Source of the DNA: Desulfobacterales bacterium
GTDB taxonomy: Bacteria; Desulfobacterota; Desulfobacteria; Desulfobacterales; JAHDSC01
Reading direction: 5' to 3'
NCBI GenBank assembly: GCA_016931455.1
Contig: JAFGES010000129.1
Location: 72,363 to 136,362 of the forward strand
Length of the DNA: 64,000 bases
Shown: in pieces, positions 1-10,124 of the stretch
Layout of the letters: each line of letters starts with the position of its first letter
Position numbering within the stretch: the stretch's first letter is position 1
The notes under the pieces: model-generated
Told to the model about the DNA's origin: nothing
Seen by the model: only the letters and a program-made list of their open reading frames with translations
Database searches by the model: none
Translations under genes and position numbers: made by a program

Positions 1-90
1 TCTTTTTGCAATATTCTCTATAATAGGCTGTTCTAATTTTCCTTCAACTTTATAACGCGTCATTGATACGGTGGATGATAATAAGCCCAT
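1..90 (-). CDS. 5' end of a CDS running off the left window edge (N-terminus MGLLSSTVSMTRYKVEGKLEQPIIENIAKR...). Possibly RdgC-like, but function is not established.
   Basis: ATG (complement of 88-90) is preceded by GAGG about 8 nt upstream on the minus strand, and the frame stays open to position 1. The family guess rests only on an N-terminal S-x-S-x-x-R-Y-x-V pattern recalled from RdgC-type proteins. Confidence 0.4.
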   Translation of the reverse strand, partial: MGLLSSTVSMTRYKVEGKLEQPIIENIAKR

Positions 91-537
91 AAAATAAACC
101 TCGGATTGATAAAATGAAGACTGCCCTGTTTATTGTAAATTTTATATGGTTTTTATATTTAAATATGTTTTATTTAATCATAATAATTATCTTTGTTAAT
201 AAATCTAATAAAATTATAATTATTTAAATTTAATAACAAAATATAATTTTAAAAAGTGTTGATAGATGATTATAAAATTAATAAAAATTCTAACTTATAA
301 ACATGCAAATAAAAAAGTGTTAATAAGTAATGAATTATTAACAAAATATCAATAAAAAAGATGACAGTTGATTTTAAATCCAAGCCCATGAATTTTAATC
401 ATATATTTCAAGAAGGGGTTTATTAAAAGGAATTAGGATGATCGTGGAATCTCTAAAGCTTGGTTGGTATGTAACTACTTGAAGATTCTTTAAAAGTGAA
501 TAAATATAATAAAAACATATTAAAATCATTTTAAACT

Positions 538-566
538 AAAAAAAGCCCGGCTCTGTGAGTCGGGCT
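538..566 (-). terminator. Rho-independent terminator downstream of the tRNA-Ser pair
   Basis: Stem AGCCCG (544-549) pairs with CGGGCT (561-566). On the minus strand it is followed by a U-run (A-run 538-543 on the plus strand). Confidence 0.75.
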
Positions 567-578
567 AAATATTAGATA

Positions 579-671
579 TGGCGGAGAGACCGGGATTCGA
601 ACCCGGGGTGCAGCTTTCACCGCACACTCGCTTAGCAGGCGAGCGCCTTCAGCCAGCTCGGCCATCTCTCC
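579..671 (-). tRNA. tRNA-Ser (anticodon GCU), CCA encoded
   Basis: The reverse complement reads GGAGAGA-T-GGCC...GGCG-CTCGC-CTGCTAA-GCGAG-long variable arm-CCGGG-TTCGAAT-CCCGG-TCTCTCC-G-CCA. This is a cloverleaf with a long extra arm typical of Ser. Confidence 0.93.
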
Positions 672-692
672 TTGTATTATTATAATATTATA

Positions 693-779
693 TGGCGGAG
701 GGAGTAGGATTCGAACCCACGGAGCATTACGCTCAACGGTTTTCAAGACCGCCGCCTTCAACCACTCGGCCATCCCTCC
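693..779 (-). tRNA. tRNA-Ser (anticodon UGA), CCA encoded
   Basis: The reverse complement reads GGAGGGA-T-GGCC..GGCG-GCGGT-CTTGAAA-ACCGT-variable arm-GTGGG-TTCGAAT-CCTAC-TCCCTCC-G-CCA. Confidence 0.93.
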
Positions 780-988
780 CAGTATTGACGTATTTCCTAA
801 CATTTTAAAATTTACAGGTCAATATTATTTTTTATTGTACCTTTTTTCATTCACCCTACTTGCCGGTTTATCAGTTGCCGGTCTTGCTTTTTTTGTAATT
901 TTAAAAATTATTCTTGAAAAGATATTCTAAATGATTAATCTACCGATATTTGATTTAGAAATTGATTTAAAAATCTATCTTAAGGAGA

Positions 989-1468
989 TTGTCTATGAAA
1001 CAAAAATATTTGATTTTTAGAAAAGATGAAGAAAGTAAGCTAGTTATTCAAGAATTTGCTGAATTGGATAAAGAAATTTTGACGCTTATTTGTGAAGAAA
1101 CCTACGATGATATAAATATAAAATCTGCAATTGAAAAAGGAAAAGATTTTCTTGTCTCTGAACTAAGGACTCAAAATTTGTATCCGATTAATTTATATAC
1201 CGATAAAATCGCGGAATCAGTGATCACACTTTACAATTCCGGTGACAATGAATCGATGGAACTATTTTTTGATGATATAGAGTTTTTAGCAAAAGATTCC
1301 GTTCCAATGGAATTGTTGGAAGATTTTGAAGAGGCGGAAGATGATATTGACGATTTACTTAAAGATGAATTCGATGAAGATTTCGAGGATAAAGGCTCCA
1401 TAAATAAGATAAATGCACCTCTTAAAGTGGCGGATGATGAGACACTTGATATTGATGATGACAATTAA
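989..1468 (+). CDS. Hypothetical, strongly acidic protein (159 aa; D/E-rich C-terminal half)
   Basis: Long ORF preceded by AAGGAG. The antisense ORF 1231-1464 is low-complexity Ser-rich and looks spurious. No family recognised. Confidence 0.6.
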   Translation: MSMKQKYLIFRKDEESKLVIQEFAELDKEILTLICEETYDDINIKSAIEKGKDFLVSELRTQNLYPINLYTDKIAESVITLYNSGDNESMELFFDDIEFLAKDSVPMELLEDFEEAEDDIDDLLKDEFDEDFEDKGSINKINAPLKVADDETLDIDDDN

Positions 1469-1788
1469 GGTGATTTGATATCAGTAGAATTTCATTTATA
1501 CTATGGCTTACAAAGAGTAACAGGTATACCCTGTTTATAATAATAATTAATAACAAATTTAAGTAATTTTCGGAAAATACAAACCGTTGCAGCTTTACCG
1601 GAAATTACGGGAAGAAGATAGTTATTTCTTTAACATGCCTGCTGATATATAGGAGTTTATGATTTCTAACGGTATTTCCTGCCTAAAAAAGATGAATCCT
1701 CGTTGACGGTCCTGTCGAAATCATTTTTATTTATTGAATGACTTGTAAATGTTTTTATTTGGTTAAATCAACAAAGACATCAGGGTTT

Positions 1789-2808
1789 ATGAAAAAAAAT
1801 ATCCAAATCTTAAGTATTATCTTTTTCGTTTCTATTTTTACAGGCTGTAATTTTAAAAAAGAAGTTTTATTCTCCGGTAAAACTATGGGAACAACTTATC
1901 ATATTAAAGTGGTTACCTGGTGTTTTCAAAATAAATCGGATCTAAAGGATAAGATTGATGCAAAACTGGAAGCGATCAATCAAAGCATGTCAATTTATAG
2001 AAAAGATAGTGAAGTAAGCCGGTTCAATAGCAATAAAAATATAAATGAAAAAATTTCCGTTTCTGAAGACTTTTTGCTCTTAATGGAAGTCGCGAAAAAT
2101 CTTTATAAAATTACCGATGGTGCTTGGGATGCTACGATTAAACCACTTGTGAATATTTGGGGATTCGGGGTTTCGGGAAAAAAAGATAAAATACCTGGAT
2201 CTGAGGAAATTCATAGACTATTATGCGGAATCGGATTCAATTATATTGAAATTTTTGAAAAAAATTATCTTGTAAAAACAAAAGCAGATATAACTATTGA
2301 TCTATCTTCCATTGCAAAAGGATATGGCGTTGACCGGATTGCAGAGCTTATTAAAAATTGCGGGATACAAAACTACATTGTAGAGATTGGTGGTGAAGTA
2401 TTTGCTTCAGGCTTTAGAAAAGACGGCAAACCATGGAGAGTCGGAGTCAATCAACCACGGGAGGAAAATTCTTATGATTCGGTTTATAAGATTTTATCCT
2501 TGCACGATCAAGCGTTGGCAACCAGTGGTGACTATAGGAATTTTTTTGAAATCAATGGAAAGCGTTATTCGCATGTCTTAGACCCCAGAACAGGATATCC
2601 TGTAAGTAATGGAGTTGTTAGTGTTTCCATCATAGCGAATACTTGCACTTTTGCCGATGGATTGGCAACAGCCGTTATGGTTATGGGAGTTCCAAAAGGC
2701 CTTGAACTGGTCAATAGACTTGAGGGAGTGGAATGCTTAATCGTGGTTCAGGAAAAAGACGGCACGCTTAAAGATTATTATTCAACCGGTTTTCAAACGA
2801 CTTCATAA
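1789..2808 (+). CDS. apbE: FAD:protein FMN transferase, ApbE family lipoprotein
   Basis: Signal peptide with lipobox (IFTGC). ApbE-type blocks are present: GKTMGTTYHIKV, DLSSIAKGYGVD and ATSGDYRNFF..G..YSHVLDPRTG. I prefer the start at MKKNIQ (1789) over the track start 1738. Confidence 0.85.
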   Translation: MKKNIQILSIIFFVSIFTGCNFKKEVLFSGKTMGTTYHIKVVTWCFQNKSDLKDKIDAKLEAINQSMSIYRKDSEVSRFNSNKNINEKISVSEDFLLLMEVAKNLYKITDGAWDATIKPLVNIWGFGVSGKKDKIPGSEEIHRLLCGIGFNYIEIFEKNYLVKTKADITIDLSSIAKGYGVDRIAELIKNCGIQNYIVEIGGEVFASGFRKDGKPWRVGVNQPREENSYDSVYKILSLHDQALATSGDYRNFFEINGKRYSHVLDPRTGYPVSNGVVSVSIIANTCTFADGLATAVMVMGVPKGLELVNRLEGVECLIVVQEKDGTLKDYYSTGFQTTS

Positions 2809-3150
2809 AAAAGGTAGGGATTTTTTCTTTAAGGCAATATATGCCATGTAAACCAATTAAAAGGTTTTATGCAATTTATTTTACAGCCTATTGGGATAAG
2901 ATTTCGGCGGTACAATTTTGTTGACAATAAAAGACTAGTACTGTAGTTTTACCCGATAAGCAAATTGAAATCGAATTTTTTAAAGGGGTTATATAGTATT
3001 TTTAAATATTAAAATTGGCAAACTAGTTATAAAGTGGATCTGATTTTAGGGGCCATGAAAAAAATAAACCTTTACATTAAAAGTCAAAATTGAGACGGCA
3101 AAGTAAAAAGTTCAATAAAAGTCCATGCTGAGAAAGGAAGAGTATAGAAA

Positions 3151-3933
3151 GTGGAAATCGTTGTATTATTAAAGCAGGTACCGGCTACGGAATCATTTGT
3201 CGGGATTGCCGATGATAAGGTTTCTGTTAAGACCGATGACGTCAAGTGGGTCATTAATCCATATGATGAATTTGCAGTGGAAGAGGCACTTAGAATAAAG
3301 GAAGCTCATGGCGGTTCGGTCACTATTGTTTCCGTGGGGAGAGATAAAACTGCAGAAGCCGTAAGGACTGCTTTAGCAATGGGAGCGGACAAGGGTATAT
3401 TGATTAAAGATACTATATCGGAAAAATACGATGGTTTAGGTATCGCCCGTATTCTTGCGGCTGTCTTAAAAGATATACCTTATGACTTGATTATCGCCGG
3501 CCAGCGGGCTGTTGATGATGATAATTTTCTTGTCGGAACGGCTGTCGCTGAATTTTTGAATATTCCAAATATTTCACTCGTAATTAAAGAGGAAATTATC
3601 GATGGAAGGATCAGATGCCATCGGACCATTGAAGGTGGAACCGTTGTCATCGAGTCCTCCTTGCCTGCCCTCATTACCACTCAGCGCGGCCTTAATGAAC
3701 CGCGATATGCATCTCTTCCTGGAATTATGAAAGCCAAAAGAAAACCGCTTGATGTTAAAACCCTTGCAGATATAGGGCTTGATGTAGGTCAATTCGAAAC
3801 ATCCGGAATGCATATCGTCTCCCTGAAATTTCCACCGGAAAGAAAGAGTGGAAGGATAATAGAAGGGGAAAGTGCTCAGGTAAAGGTATCAGAACTCCTC
3901 AGAGCCTTACGGGAAGAAGCCAAAGTTATCTGA
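3151..3933 (+). CDS. etfB: Electron transfer flavoprotein, beta subunit
   Basis: GTG start. N-terminus MEIVVLLKQVP and the block INPYDEFAVEEALRIKE are typical of EtfB. It sits directly upstream of etfA. Confidence 0.9.
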   Translation: MEIVVLLKQVPATESFVGIADDKVSVKTDDVKWVINPYDEFAVEEALRIKEAHGGSVTIVSVGRDKTAEAVRTALAMGADKGILIKDTISEKYDGLGIARILAAVLKDIPYDLIIAGQRAVDDDNFLVGTAVAEFLNIPNISLVIKEEIIDGRIRCHRTIEGGTVVIESSLPALITTQRGLNEPRYASLPGIMKAKRKPLDVKTLADIGLDVGQFETSGMHIVSLKFPPERKSGRIIEGESAQVKVSELLRALREEAKVI

Positions 3934-4022
3934 TTTTATTCATTTTGTTTTAGGATTTATCAATTGAATCGATACGATATCTAAAAACTTATTCTAAAAA
4001 TTATTTTTACAAGGAAGTCGAT

Positions 4023-4985
4023 ATGTCAAAAGGTGTACTTGCAATAACGGAACAATTAGATGGTGTTTTTCGAAAAGTTACCTATGAGGCTTTAAGTGAG
4101 GGTAGGCGAATTGCGGATCAACTGGGATGCGATTTGACAGCGGTGGTGCTTGGATCGAATGTTGAAATTATTGCCGCAGAGCTTGGAAAATACGGTGCGG
4201 ATAGAATTATTGCTGCTGATAATCCGATTTTAGATGAATATCTGACGGATACTTATACAAACGTAATTTCAGATATCATTGCTTCGGAAAATCCGGCGGT
4301 GATAATTTTGGGAGCTTCAATGCAGGGTAAAGACCTGTCGGCGAGGCTTGCCGCGCGGTTGAACGTATCCTTGGCTATGGATTGTGTGGTTATTCGAATT
4401 GAGGATGAAAAGCTTATTGCAACTCGTCCGATTTACGGGGGTAAAATTTTGGCGGATATAGCAATGGATACCAAACCCGTAATATTGGCAGTTCGACCCA
4501 ATTCAATGGGCATTACGGAAACTGATTGCGCCGGAGATATCGAGAAATATGACGCAAATATCGGTCAAACAAACCTCAAGTTTATTGAAAAAACATTGGA
4601 TACCACTAAAATAGAGCTGACTGAAGCCGATATGGTTGTTTCCGGTGGTAGAGGTATGGGAGGGGCTGATTTTTCCGTGTTAGAGGAATTGGCTGAAATG
4701 TTCGGCGGTGCGGTCGGCGCTTCAAGATCTGCTGTTGATGAAGGCTGGAGGCCTCATGCAGACCAGGTCGGTCAAACCGGAAAAGTTGTTTCACCCAACT
4801 TATACATTGCCTGTGGCATATCAGGCGCTATTCAACATCTTGCCGGCATGTCATCTTCCAAAATTATTGTAGCCGTCAATAAAGATCCTGAGGCTCCGAT
4901 ATTTTTAAAAGCCGATTATGGCATCGTAGGTGATCTTTTTGAAATCGTGCCTCTAATCACGGAGGAAATAAGAAAAATAAAATGA
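4023..4985 (+). CDS. etfA: Electron transfer flavoprotein, alpha subunit
   Basis: C-terminal FAD-binding block VSGGRGMG...GASR..VD.GW......VGQTGK.V.P.LYIACGISGAIQHLAGM is present. Confidence 0.9.
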   Translation: MSKGVLAITEQLDGVFRKVTYEALSEGRRIADQLGCDLTAVVLGSNVEIIAAELGKYGADRIIAADNPILDEYLTDTYTNVISDIIASENPAVIILGASMQGKDLSARLAARLNVSLAMDCVVIRIEDEKLIATRPIYGGKILADIAMDTKPVILAVRPNSMGITETDCAGDIEKYDANIGQTNLKFIEKTLDTTKIELTEADMVVSGGRGMGGADFSVLEELAEMFGGAVGASRSAVDEGWRPHADQVGQTGKVVSPNLYIACGISGAIQHLAGMSSSKIIVAVNKDPEAPIFLKADYGIVGDLFEIVPLITEEIRKIK

Positions 4986-5025
4986 GTCAAATGATTTACA
5001 GCCAAATAGCCCAGTGATCATTCCA

Positions 5026-6342
5026 ATGAAAGTGTATTTGATTAATCTCGGATGTGTTAGAAATCTTGTAGACAGCGAGGTGATGCTGGGACGAATGATG
5101 CAGGCAGGATGGATAATTACTCAAAATCCCGCCGAGGCTGATACAATCATTATAAATACTTGTAGCTTTATTGAGTCTGCCGTTGATGAATCGATTGATA
5201 CGATCCTTGAATCTGCGAAGTTTAAAAAAAGAGGTGTCTGTCAACGTCTAATTGTAACGGGATGTCTTCCTGAGCGCTTCCGAGAGGAAATCGTCGATTG
5301 CTTGCCGGAAGTTGATATTTTTTTAGGTACCGGTGCATTTGACAAGATTGTACAGGCAGCCGATGGTTCCCTGAAATCACCCGGATGTTTTTTACCGGAT
5401 CCAAATCAGCCTATCCTTCAAGATTCTAAAATTCCCCGATTACTGCTTTCTCAGCATATTGCTTATGTTAAAGTGGCTGAAGGCTGCAATAGAAACTGTA
5501 CCTATTGTATTATTCCAAAGCTTCGCGGAAAACAAAAAAGCCGATGCTCTGAAGATATTCTTGCTGAAGCCCGACATTTGCTTTCCCACGGTATCAAGGA
5601 GTTAATACTGGTAGCCCAAGACACAACATCATACGGCAAAGATTTGCAATCTTCGACAAATCTGGAAAGGATTCTCAAAAGCCTCTCCGGCATATCGGGT
5701 GAGAATTGGATCAGATTTCTATATGGGCATCCTGACCGTATCGATGATACCCTTATCCAAACGATTGCCGCTCAACCCAATATCTGTTCTTATTTCGATA
5801 TTCCAATTCAGCATGTAAGTGAATCTGTTTTGAAAAGAATGGGTCGAAAATATAAATGTGATGATCTTTACAAACTTTTTAATAAAATTCGGTTAACCGC
5901 TATTGATGCCGTGCTGCGTACAACCGTTATCGTTGGGTTTCCGGGAGAAACCGATGAGGATTTTGAACTGCTGTTAAATTTTGTAAAGGACATTCGTTTC
6001 GATTTTCTTGGAGTTTTTGTTTACTCTGATTCAGAAGATCTTCCTTCGCATAGGCTTTCCGGTCATGTTCCAAAACGTGTCGCAACGCAGCGATATGACC
6101 GGCTGATGTCTTGCCAACAACAAATATCTTTAGAAATTAACCGAAAGTATATCGGCAGGACCTTTAAAGTACTAATTGAATCTTCGCCGGAGGATAAACT
6201 TTATATGGGTCGTACCTATTTTCAAGCACCGGAAGTCGATGGCATTACCTATATTCAATCCGAAAAACTCCGGATTGGTTCGTTTGCCGATGTAAGGATC
6301 ACAGATGCTCTTGAATATGATTTGATAGGAGAAATTTTATGA
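5026..6342 (+). CDS. rimO: Ribosomal protein S12 methylthiotransferase RimO (radical SAM, MiaB family)
   Basis: N-terminus MKVYLINLGC.RN..DSE, radical-SAM motif CNRNCTYC and a C-terminal TRAM-like region. I prefer the start at 5026 (MKV). Confidence 0.85.
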   Translation: MKVYLINLGCVRNLVDSEVMLGRMMQAGWIITQNPAEADTIIINTCSFIESAVDESIDTILESAKFKKRGVCQRLIVTGCLPERFREEIVDCLPEVDIFLGTGAFDKIVQAADGSLKSPGCFLPDPNQPILQDSKIPRLLLSQHIAYVKVAEGCNRNCTYCIIPKLRGKQKSRCSEDILAEARHLLSHGIKELILVAQDTTSYGKDLQSSTNLERILKSLSGISGENWIRFLYGHPDRIDDTLIQTIAAQPNICSYFDIPIQHVSESVLKRMGRKYKCDDLYKLFNKIRLTAIDAVLRTTVIVGFPGETDEDFELLLNFVKDIRFDFLGVFVYSDSEDLPSHRLSGHVPKRVATQRYDRLMSCQQQISLEINRKYIGRTFKVLIESSPEDKLYMGRTYFQAPEVDGITYIQSEKLRIGSFADVRITDALEYDLIGEIL

Positions 6343-7319
6343 AAGACTTAAAAGATAAGATCCTTGCCATGGTAAAAAGTGACCGGGCCGATATTGAAAG
6401 CACCCTTAAGGAAAACTTGAATCCGTATCTTGATTTGGTCGGTGAGATCGCCGAGCACATCCTGTTCAGCGGCGGCAAGCGTTTAAGGCCTTTACTGATG
6501 ATTCTTTCCGCCAGAATTTGTGGTTATAATGGAGATTATGATAAGATATTGTCCATAATTTTTGAATACTTACATGCTGCAACACTTCTACATGACGATC
6601 TTGTGGACGAAGCATCCATTCGGAGAGGCAAACCGGCAGCGCATACTATATGGGGAAATTCAACAGCCGTTTTAGTTGGTGATTTTCTGCTTGCCCGTTC
6701 TCTTTCAATTGCCGTTGGAACGGAAAATACGAGGGTCATTAAAATCATCGCTGATATAACGGAAAATATGAGTCAAGGAGAAATTCATCAACTGATACGC
6801 AAAGGGAGTTTAGAACTTTCAGAAGAAGAGTATATGGAAGTTATCCGACGTAAAACCGCTGTACTGATTCAGGGAGCATGCACCATTGGTGCAATTATTG
6901 CGGATGCCCCATGCGAACAGGAAAGAACACTTTCAGAATATGGTCTCAATCTTGGAATTGCCTTCCAGATGGTTGATGATTTATTGGATTATATTTCCGA
7001 TACCAGTGTTCTTGGGAAAGCAATCGGCGCAGATTTAAGAGAGGGCAAGTTAACTTTGCCGGTAATATATTCTTTAAAAAAAGCCGACTCTAAAAATCGT
7101 TTAAAGATGGAAGAAATCATTAAAAATAAAAACTTTTCTATTGATGAATTTGAAACATTAATCGAAATGCTGAATAAATTCGGAGGGCTTGAATATACAG
7201 AGAAAAAAGCTTCAGAATACATTAAAAAAGCTAAAGATGCCCTATCCTTCTTTGAGCCTTCTGAAACTCGAGAAATCCTCTTAAATGTTGCCGATTATGC
7301 ACTTAAGCGTAGCGCCTAA
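6339..7319 (+). CDS. Long-chain trans-polyprenyl diphosphate synthase (IspB/HepT-like)
   Basis: First Asp-rich motif LLHDDLVDE and second motif FQMVDDLLD are present. There is a 4-nt overlap with the rimO stop. Chain length cannot be read from sequence. Confidence 0.85.
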   Translation: MKDLKDKILAMVKSDRADIESTLKENLNPYLDLVGEIAEHILFSGGKRLRPLLMILSARICGYNGDYDKILSIIFEYLHAATLLHDDLVDEASIRRGKPAAHTIWGNSTAVLVGDFLLARSLSIAVGTENTRVIKIIADITENMSQGEIHQLIRKGSLELSEEEYMEVIRRKTAVLIQGACTIGAIIADAPCEQERTLSEYGLNLGIAFQMVDDLLDYISDTSVLGKAIGADLREGKLTLPVIYSLKKADSKNRLKMEEIIKNKNFSIDEFETLIEMLNKFGGLEYTEKKASEYIKKAKDALSFFEPSETREILLNVADYALKRSA

Positions 7320-7400
7320 TTTTGGAAATCAATTATTTTCGATTTTGAAATAAATAGAGGGTTGATTTTTTAAATTTCAGGTTAAAATTAGCTTAAATGC

Positions 7401-8654
7401 ATGTACGGAGGTAAAAGTATGCCTATGCCCCACTTTTCTATTATTATTTTAAATAGAATCCTTTTTATATTTTTTTTTGTTGCCGTCAATACTCTTGTAT
7501 CAACATCCGGTCACACCAAAGAACAAAGAGAAACAAGAGTTATTGAAATAGTAGGAACGGCTACAAGCCCGGGAGAAGATGTTGCAAAAGCCAGAGATCA
7601 AGCGATTTCAAATGGTCTGGTTTCTGCCGTTGGATGGGTAGTTGCAGAACTGCTTTCCGATGATTCTTTGGTCGAAAATTTTCAAAAGCTCAATGAGATA
7701 ATTTATACGAATACGGATAAATTTGTTTTGGATTACAAGGTGTTGACCGGATCGATAACAGGAAATACCTATCGCGTCATGGTTCAAGCAACCGTTTCGA
7801 TCGATATGCTCAAAGAGCAGTTGATCAGCTCCGAAATAATAACGGTTAAAAAAAGTATGCCGAAAATACTTTTTTTAATTGCAGAACAAAACATTGAAGA
7901 TATATCCTCAATATACTGGTGGGGTAAAGACTCTTTTCCCATTAAGATTGCTTCGGAAAGTGTTATGACCGTAAAGATGATCTCACAAGGTTTTTCAATA
8001 ATTGAACCCGATGACCTTAAACGATCTGAAGCTGAAATCAATAATCCAGACCTCACAAATCCGGAGGCCATAAAATTAGGTAGCACTTTTGATGCCGATA
8101 TCGTTATCGTCGGTAAGGCGATTGCCAAAAGAGTTCCAAACCAAATGGGCCAAAATATTGGAACATTCAGGGCAGATGTCGAAGCCCGCGCAATAGGAAT
8201 AAACACTCGGACGCAAATTGCATCTACGTTTCAGACTGCCGTAACTATGAATAGCGATAAAATTGAAGGTGGATGGAATGCACTTTCAGAAGCCGCAAAC
8301 CTAGCAGGTGAAGATTTGGCCACTCAAATAGCTATAGATTGGCAAAAAGAAAACCATAAAAATGTCAGGCTCGACGTTATCGTTGCCGGAACGAAAAATC
8401 TCGCAAATTTTGTTAAATTTAGAAAAGTGTTAAATGACCTTGCAGGCGTTAAAGGGATGCAACTGAAAGAGATGAATGCTGATGAGGCAACTATTGTGGT
8501 AGACTTTCAAGGAAATGCTAAAGAACTTGCCGGTGCCCTGATGCTCAAGACATTTGATTCATTTGGGATTAACATTTATGAAATATTACCAAACCTATTA
8601 AGGATTCAACTTATTCCAATTTATTCTGAATTTAATCAACCCGATAAACCATAA
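7401..8654 (+). CDS. Hypothetical secreted/periplasmic protein (417 aa) with an N-terminal hydrophobic signal-like segment
   Basis: Long ORF with normal composition and an N-terminal hydrophobic stretch (ILFIFFFVAVNTLV). No family confidently recognised. Confidence 0.6.
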   Translation: MYGGKSMPMPHFSIIILNRILFIFFFVAVNTLVSTSGHTKEQRETRVIEIVGTATSPGEDVAKARDQAISNGLVSAVGWVVAELLSDDSLVENFQKLNEIIYTNTDKFVLDYKVLTGSITGNTYRVMVQATVSIDMLKEQLISSEIITVKKSMPKILFLIAEQNIEDISSIYWWGKDSFPIKIASESVMTVKMISQGFSIIEPDDLKRSEAEINNPDLTNPEAIKLGSTFDADIVIVGKAIAKRVPNQMGQNIGTFRADVEARAIGINTRTQIASTFQTAVTMNSDKIEGGWNALSEAANLAGEDLATQIAIDWQKENHKNVRLDVIVAGTKNLANFVKFRKVLNDLAGVKGMQLKEMNADEATIVVDFQGNAKELAGALMLKTFDSFGINIYEILPNLLRIQLIPIYSEFNQPDKP

Positions 8655-8671
8655 GATGGAAACGTTTAAAT

Positions 8672-9226
8672 TTGGCTATAAATCTTCCTAATATTCTAAC
8701 GATCACCCGGATTTTGTTGACCCCTCTTTTTATTATTTATCTGCTCAAAGATATGTACATGTTTGCACTCTTGGTTTTTACGGTCGCAGCGGTCAGCGAC
8801 GGGTTGGATGGTTTATTAGCTCGGTGTTTCAACCAAAGGACCGTTTTGGGCGCCTACCTCGATCCGATAGCCGATAAGCTTCTTTTGACTTCTGCTTTTA
8901 TAAGTTTAGCGGTTCTTAAAATTATTCCAGCTTGGGTAACAGTGCTGGTTATAACACGCGATGTTTTAATCGTTATTGGTTTATCTATTTTTACGCTTCG
9001 CGATATAGACTTTGAAATTCAACCGAGCATTGCAAGTAAACTCACAACCGTTGTTCAGCTGTCGACCATTTTTTTTACCCTTCTTGATATGAAATTAGAA
9101 ACTCTCCTAACCGTAAAATATACTTTCTATTGGGTTACGGCAATTTTAACGATCATATCGGGTTTACACTATATATACCTCGGTATGAATATTTTACAGG
9201 ATACTTCCCCCCCCAAAAACATATAG
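8672..9226 (+). CDS. pgsA: CDP-alcohol phosphatidyltransferase (PgsA-like)
   Basis: TTG start. The family motif is present as DGLDGLLAR...G..LDPIADK, with multiple TM segments. Confidence 0.85.
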   Translation: MAINLPNILTITRILLTPLFIIYLLKDMYMFALLVFTVAAVSDGLDGLLARCFNQRTVLGAYLDPIADKLLLTSAFISLAVLKIIPAWVTVLVITRDVLIVIGLSIFTLRDIDFEIQPSIASKLTTVVQLSTIFFTLLDMKLETLLTVKYTFYWVTAILTIISGLHYIYLGMNILQDTSPPKNI

Positions 9227-9371
9227 AACGGTTTTGAAACGATCCATTCTTGGATTTTCAAACCTATTGAATTTGAGACCGTTTTTTGACGTTTGCCCTG
9301 TTTGAGTTATTCATTTTTCTTGACTCTAAAAAATATTGGTGGTAATAAAATTTCCTGTATTAAAAGTATAT

Positions 9372-9446
9372 AGGCACGTAGCTCAGGGGGGGAGCGCTAC
9401 CTTGACACGGTAGAGGTCGTTGGTTCAAATCCAATCGTGCCTACCA
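9372..9446 (+). tRNA. tRNA-Val (anticodon GAC), CCA encoded
   Basis: AGGCACG-TAGCTCAGGGGGGGAGCGC-TACCT-TGACA... with anticodon loop CTTGACA, T-arm GGTTCAAATCC and acceptor 3' CGTGCCT-A-CCA. Confidence 0.92.
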
Positions 9447-9455
9447 TTAAAATCA

Positions 9456-9492
9456 AGGAGTTACGAGGTATAACGTAACTCCTTTTTGTTTT
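9456..9492 (+). terminator. Rho-independent terminator after tRNA-Val
   Basis: Perfect 10-bp stem AGGAGTTACG (9456-9465) / CGTAACTCCT (9474-9483), followed by TTTTGTTTT. Confidence 0.85.
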
Positions 9493-9746
9493 GGTTTCTA
9501 CTTATTTCTCATACCCGCTTAAAACCCGTTAAGGAAATTAACTCCTTTAAAGAGCAACTAATTATTGGGATGAATAAGAAATATTTTCAATCGTGAGAAA
9601 CAAGTATAACTCATTGTGATTGGGATCTTATAAGTTTGAATAAAATTTCTTTACGATGACTTTATTAAGTGCTATAGTACTTCATTTTATTAAATAAAAT
9701 TTTTACTGCGTTGTTCCGAACGGAGTTAATTTGATAGGTGTATTTT

Positions 9747-10124
9747 ATGATTGAGCTTGATTTTAAGAAAACGGGGGGCCTTATACCGGCTATTGTTCAG
9801 GATTATAAGACCGGTGAAGTTTTAATGCTTGCATATATGAATGAAGAATCATGGAAAGCAACACTATCTTCTGGAAAGGCAACCTATTACAGCCGCTCCA
9901 GGCAGGAACTTTGGATAAAAGGAAAAACCTCCGGAAACTTGCAAATCGTAAAAGAAATCAGAATCGATTGTGACAATGATACCGTACTTCTGAAGGTGGA
10001 ACAAATGGGTGGTGCGGCATGTCATCTCGGTTATAAAAGTTGTTTCTTTAAAAAGGTTGAGAACGAATCTATTCGTGTGATCGGAGAGCCGGTTTTTGAT
10101 CCTAAGAAGGTATATGGTAAATGA
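9747..10124 (+). CDS. hisI: Phosphoribosyl-AMP cyclohydrolase (monofunctional HisI)
   Basis: GLIPAIVQD, the LMLAYMN...S block and C.D.D..L..V.Q.GGAACH.GY.SCF are present. I prefer the ATG at 9747, with AGGTG upstream. Confidence 0.88.
   Translation: MIELDFKKTGGLIPAIVQDYKTGEVLMLAYMNEESWKATLSSGKATYYSRSRQELWIKGKTSGNLQIVKEIRIDCDNDTVLLKVEQMGGAACHLGYKSCFFKKVENESIRVIGEPVFDPKKVYGK

Noticed and set aside
531-803. 90-aa minus-strand ORF from the track
   Set aside because: It is made up entirely of the two tRNA-Ser genes and their spacer. It is an artefact of translating structured RNA genes.
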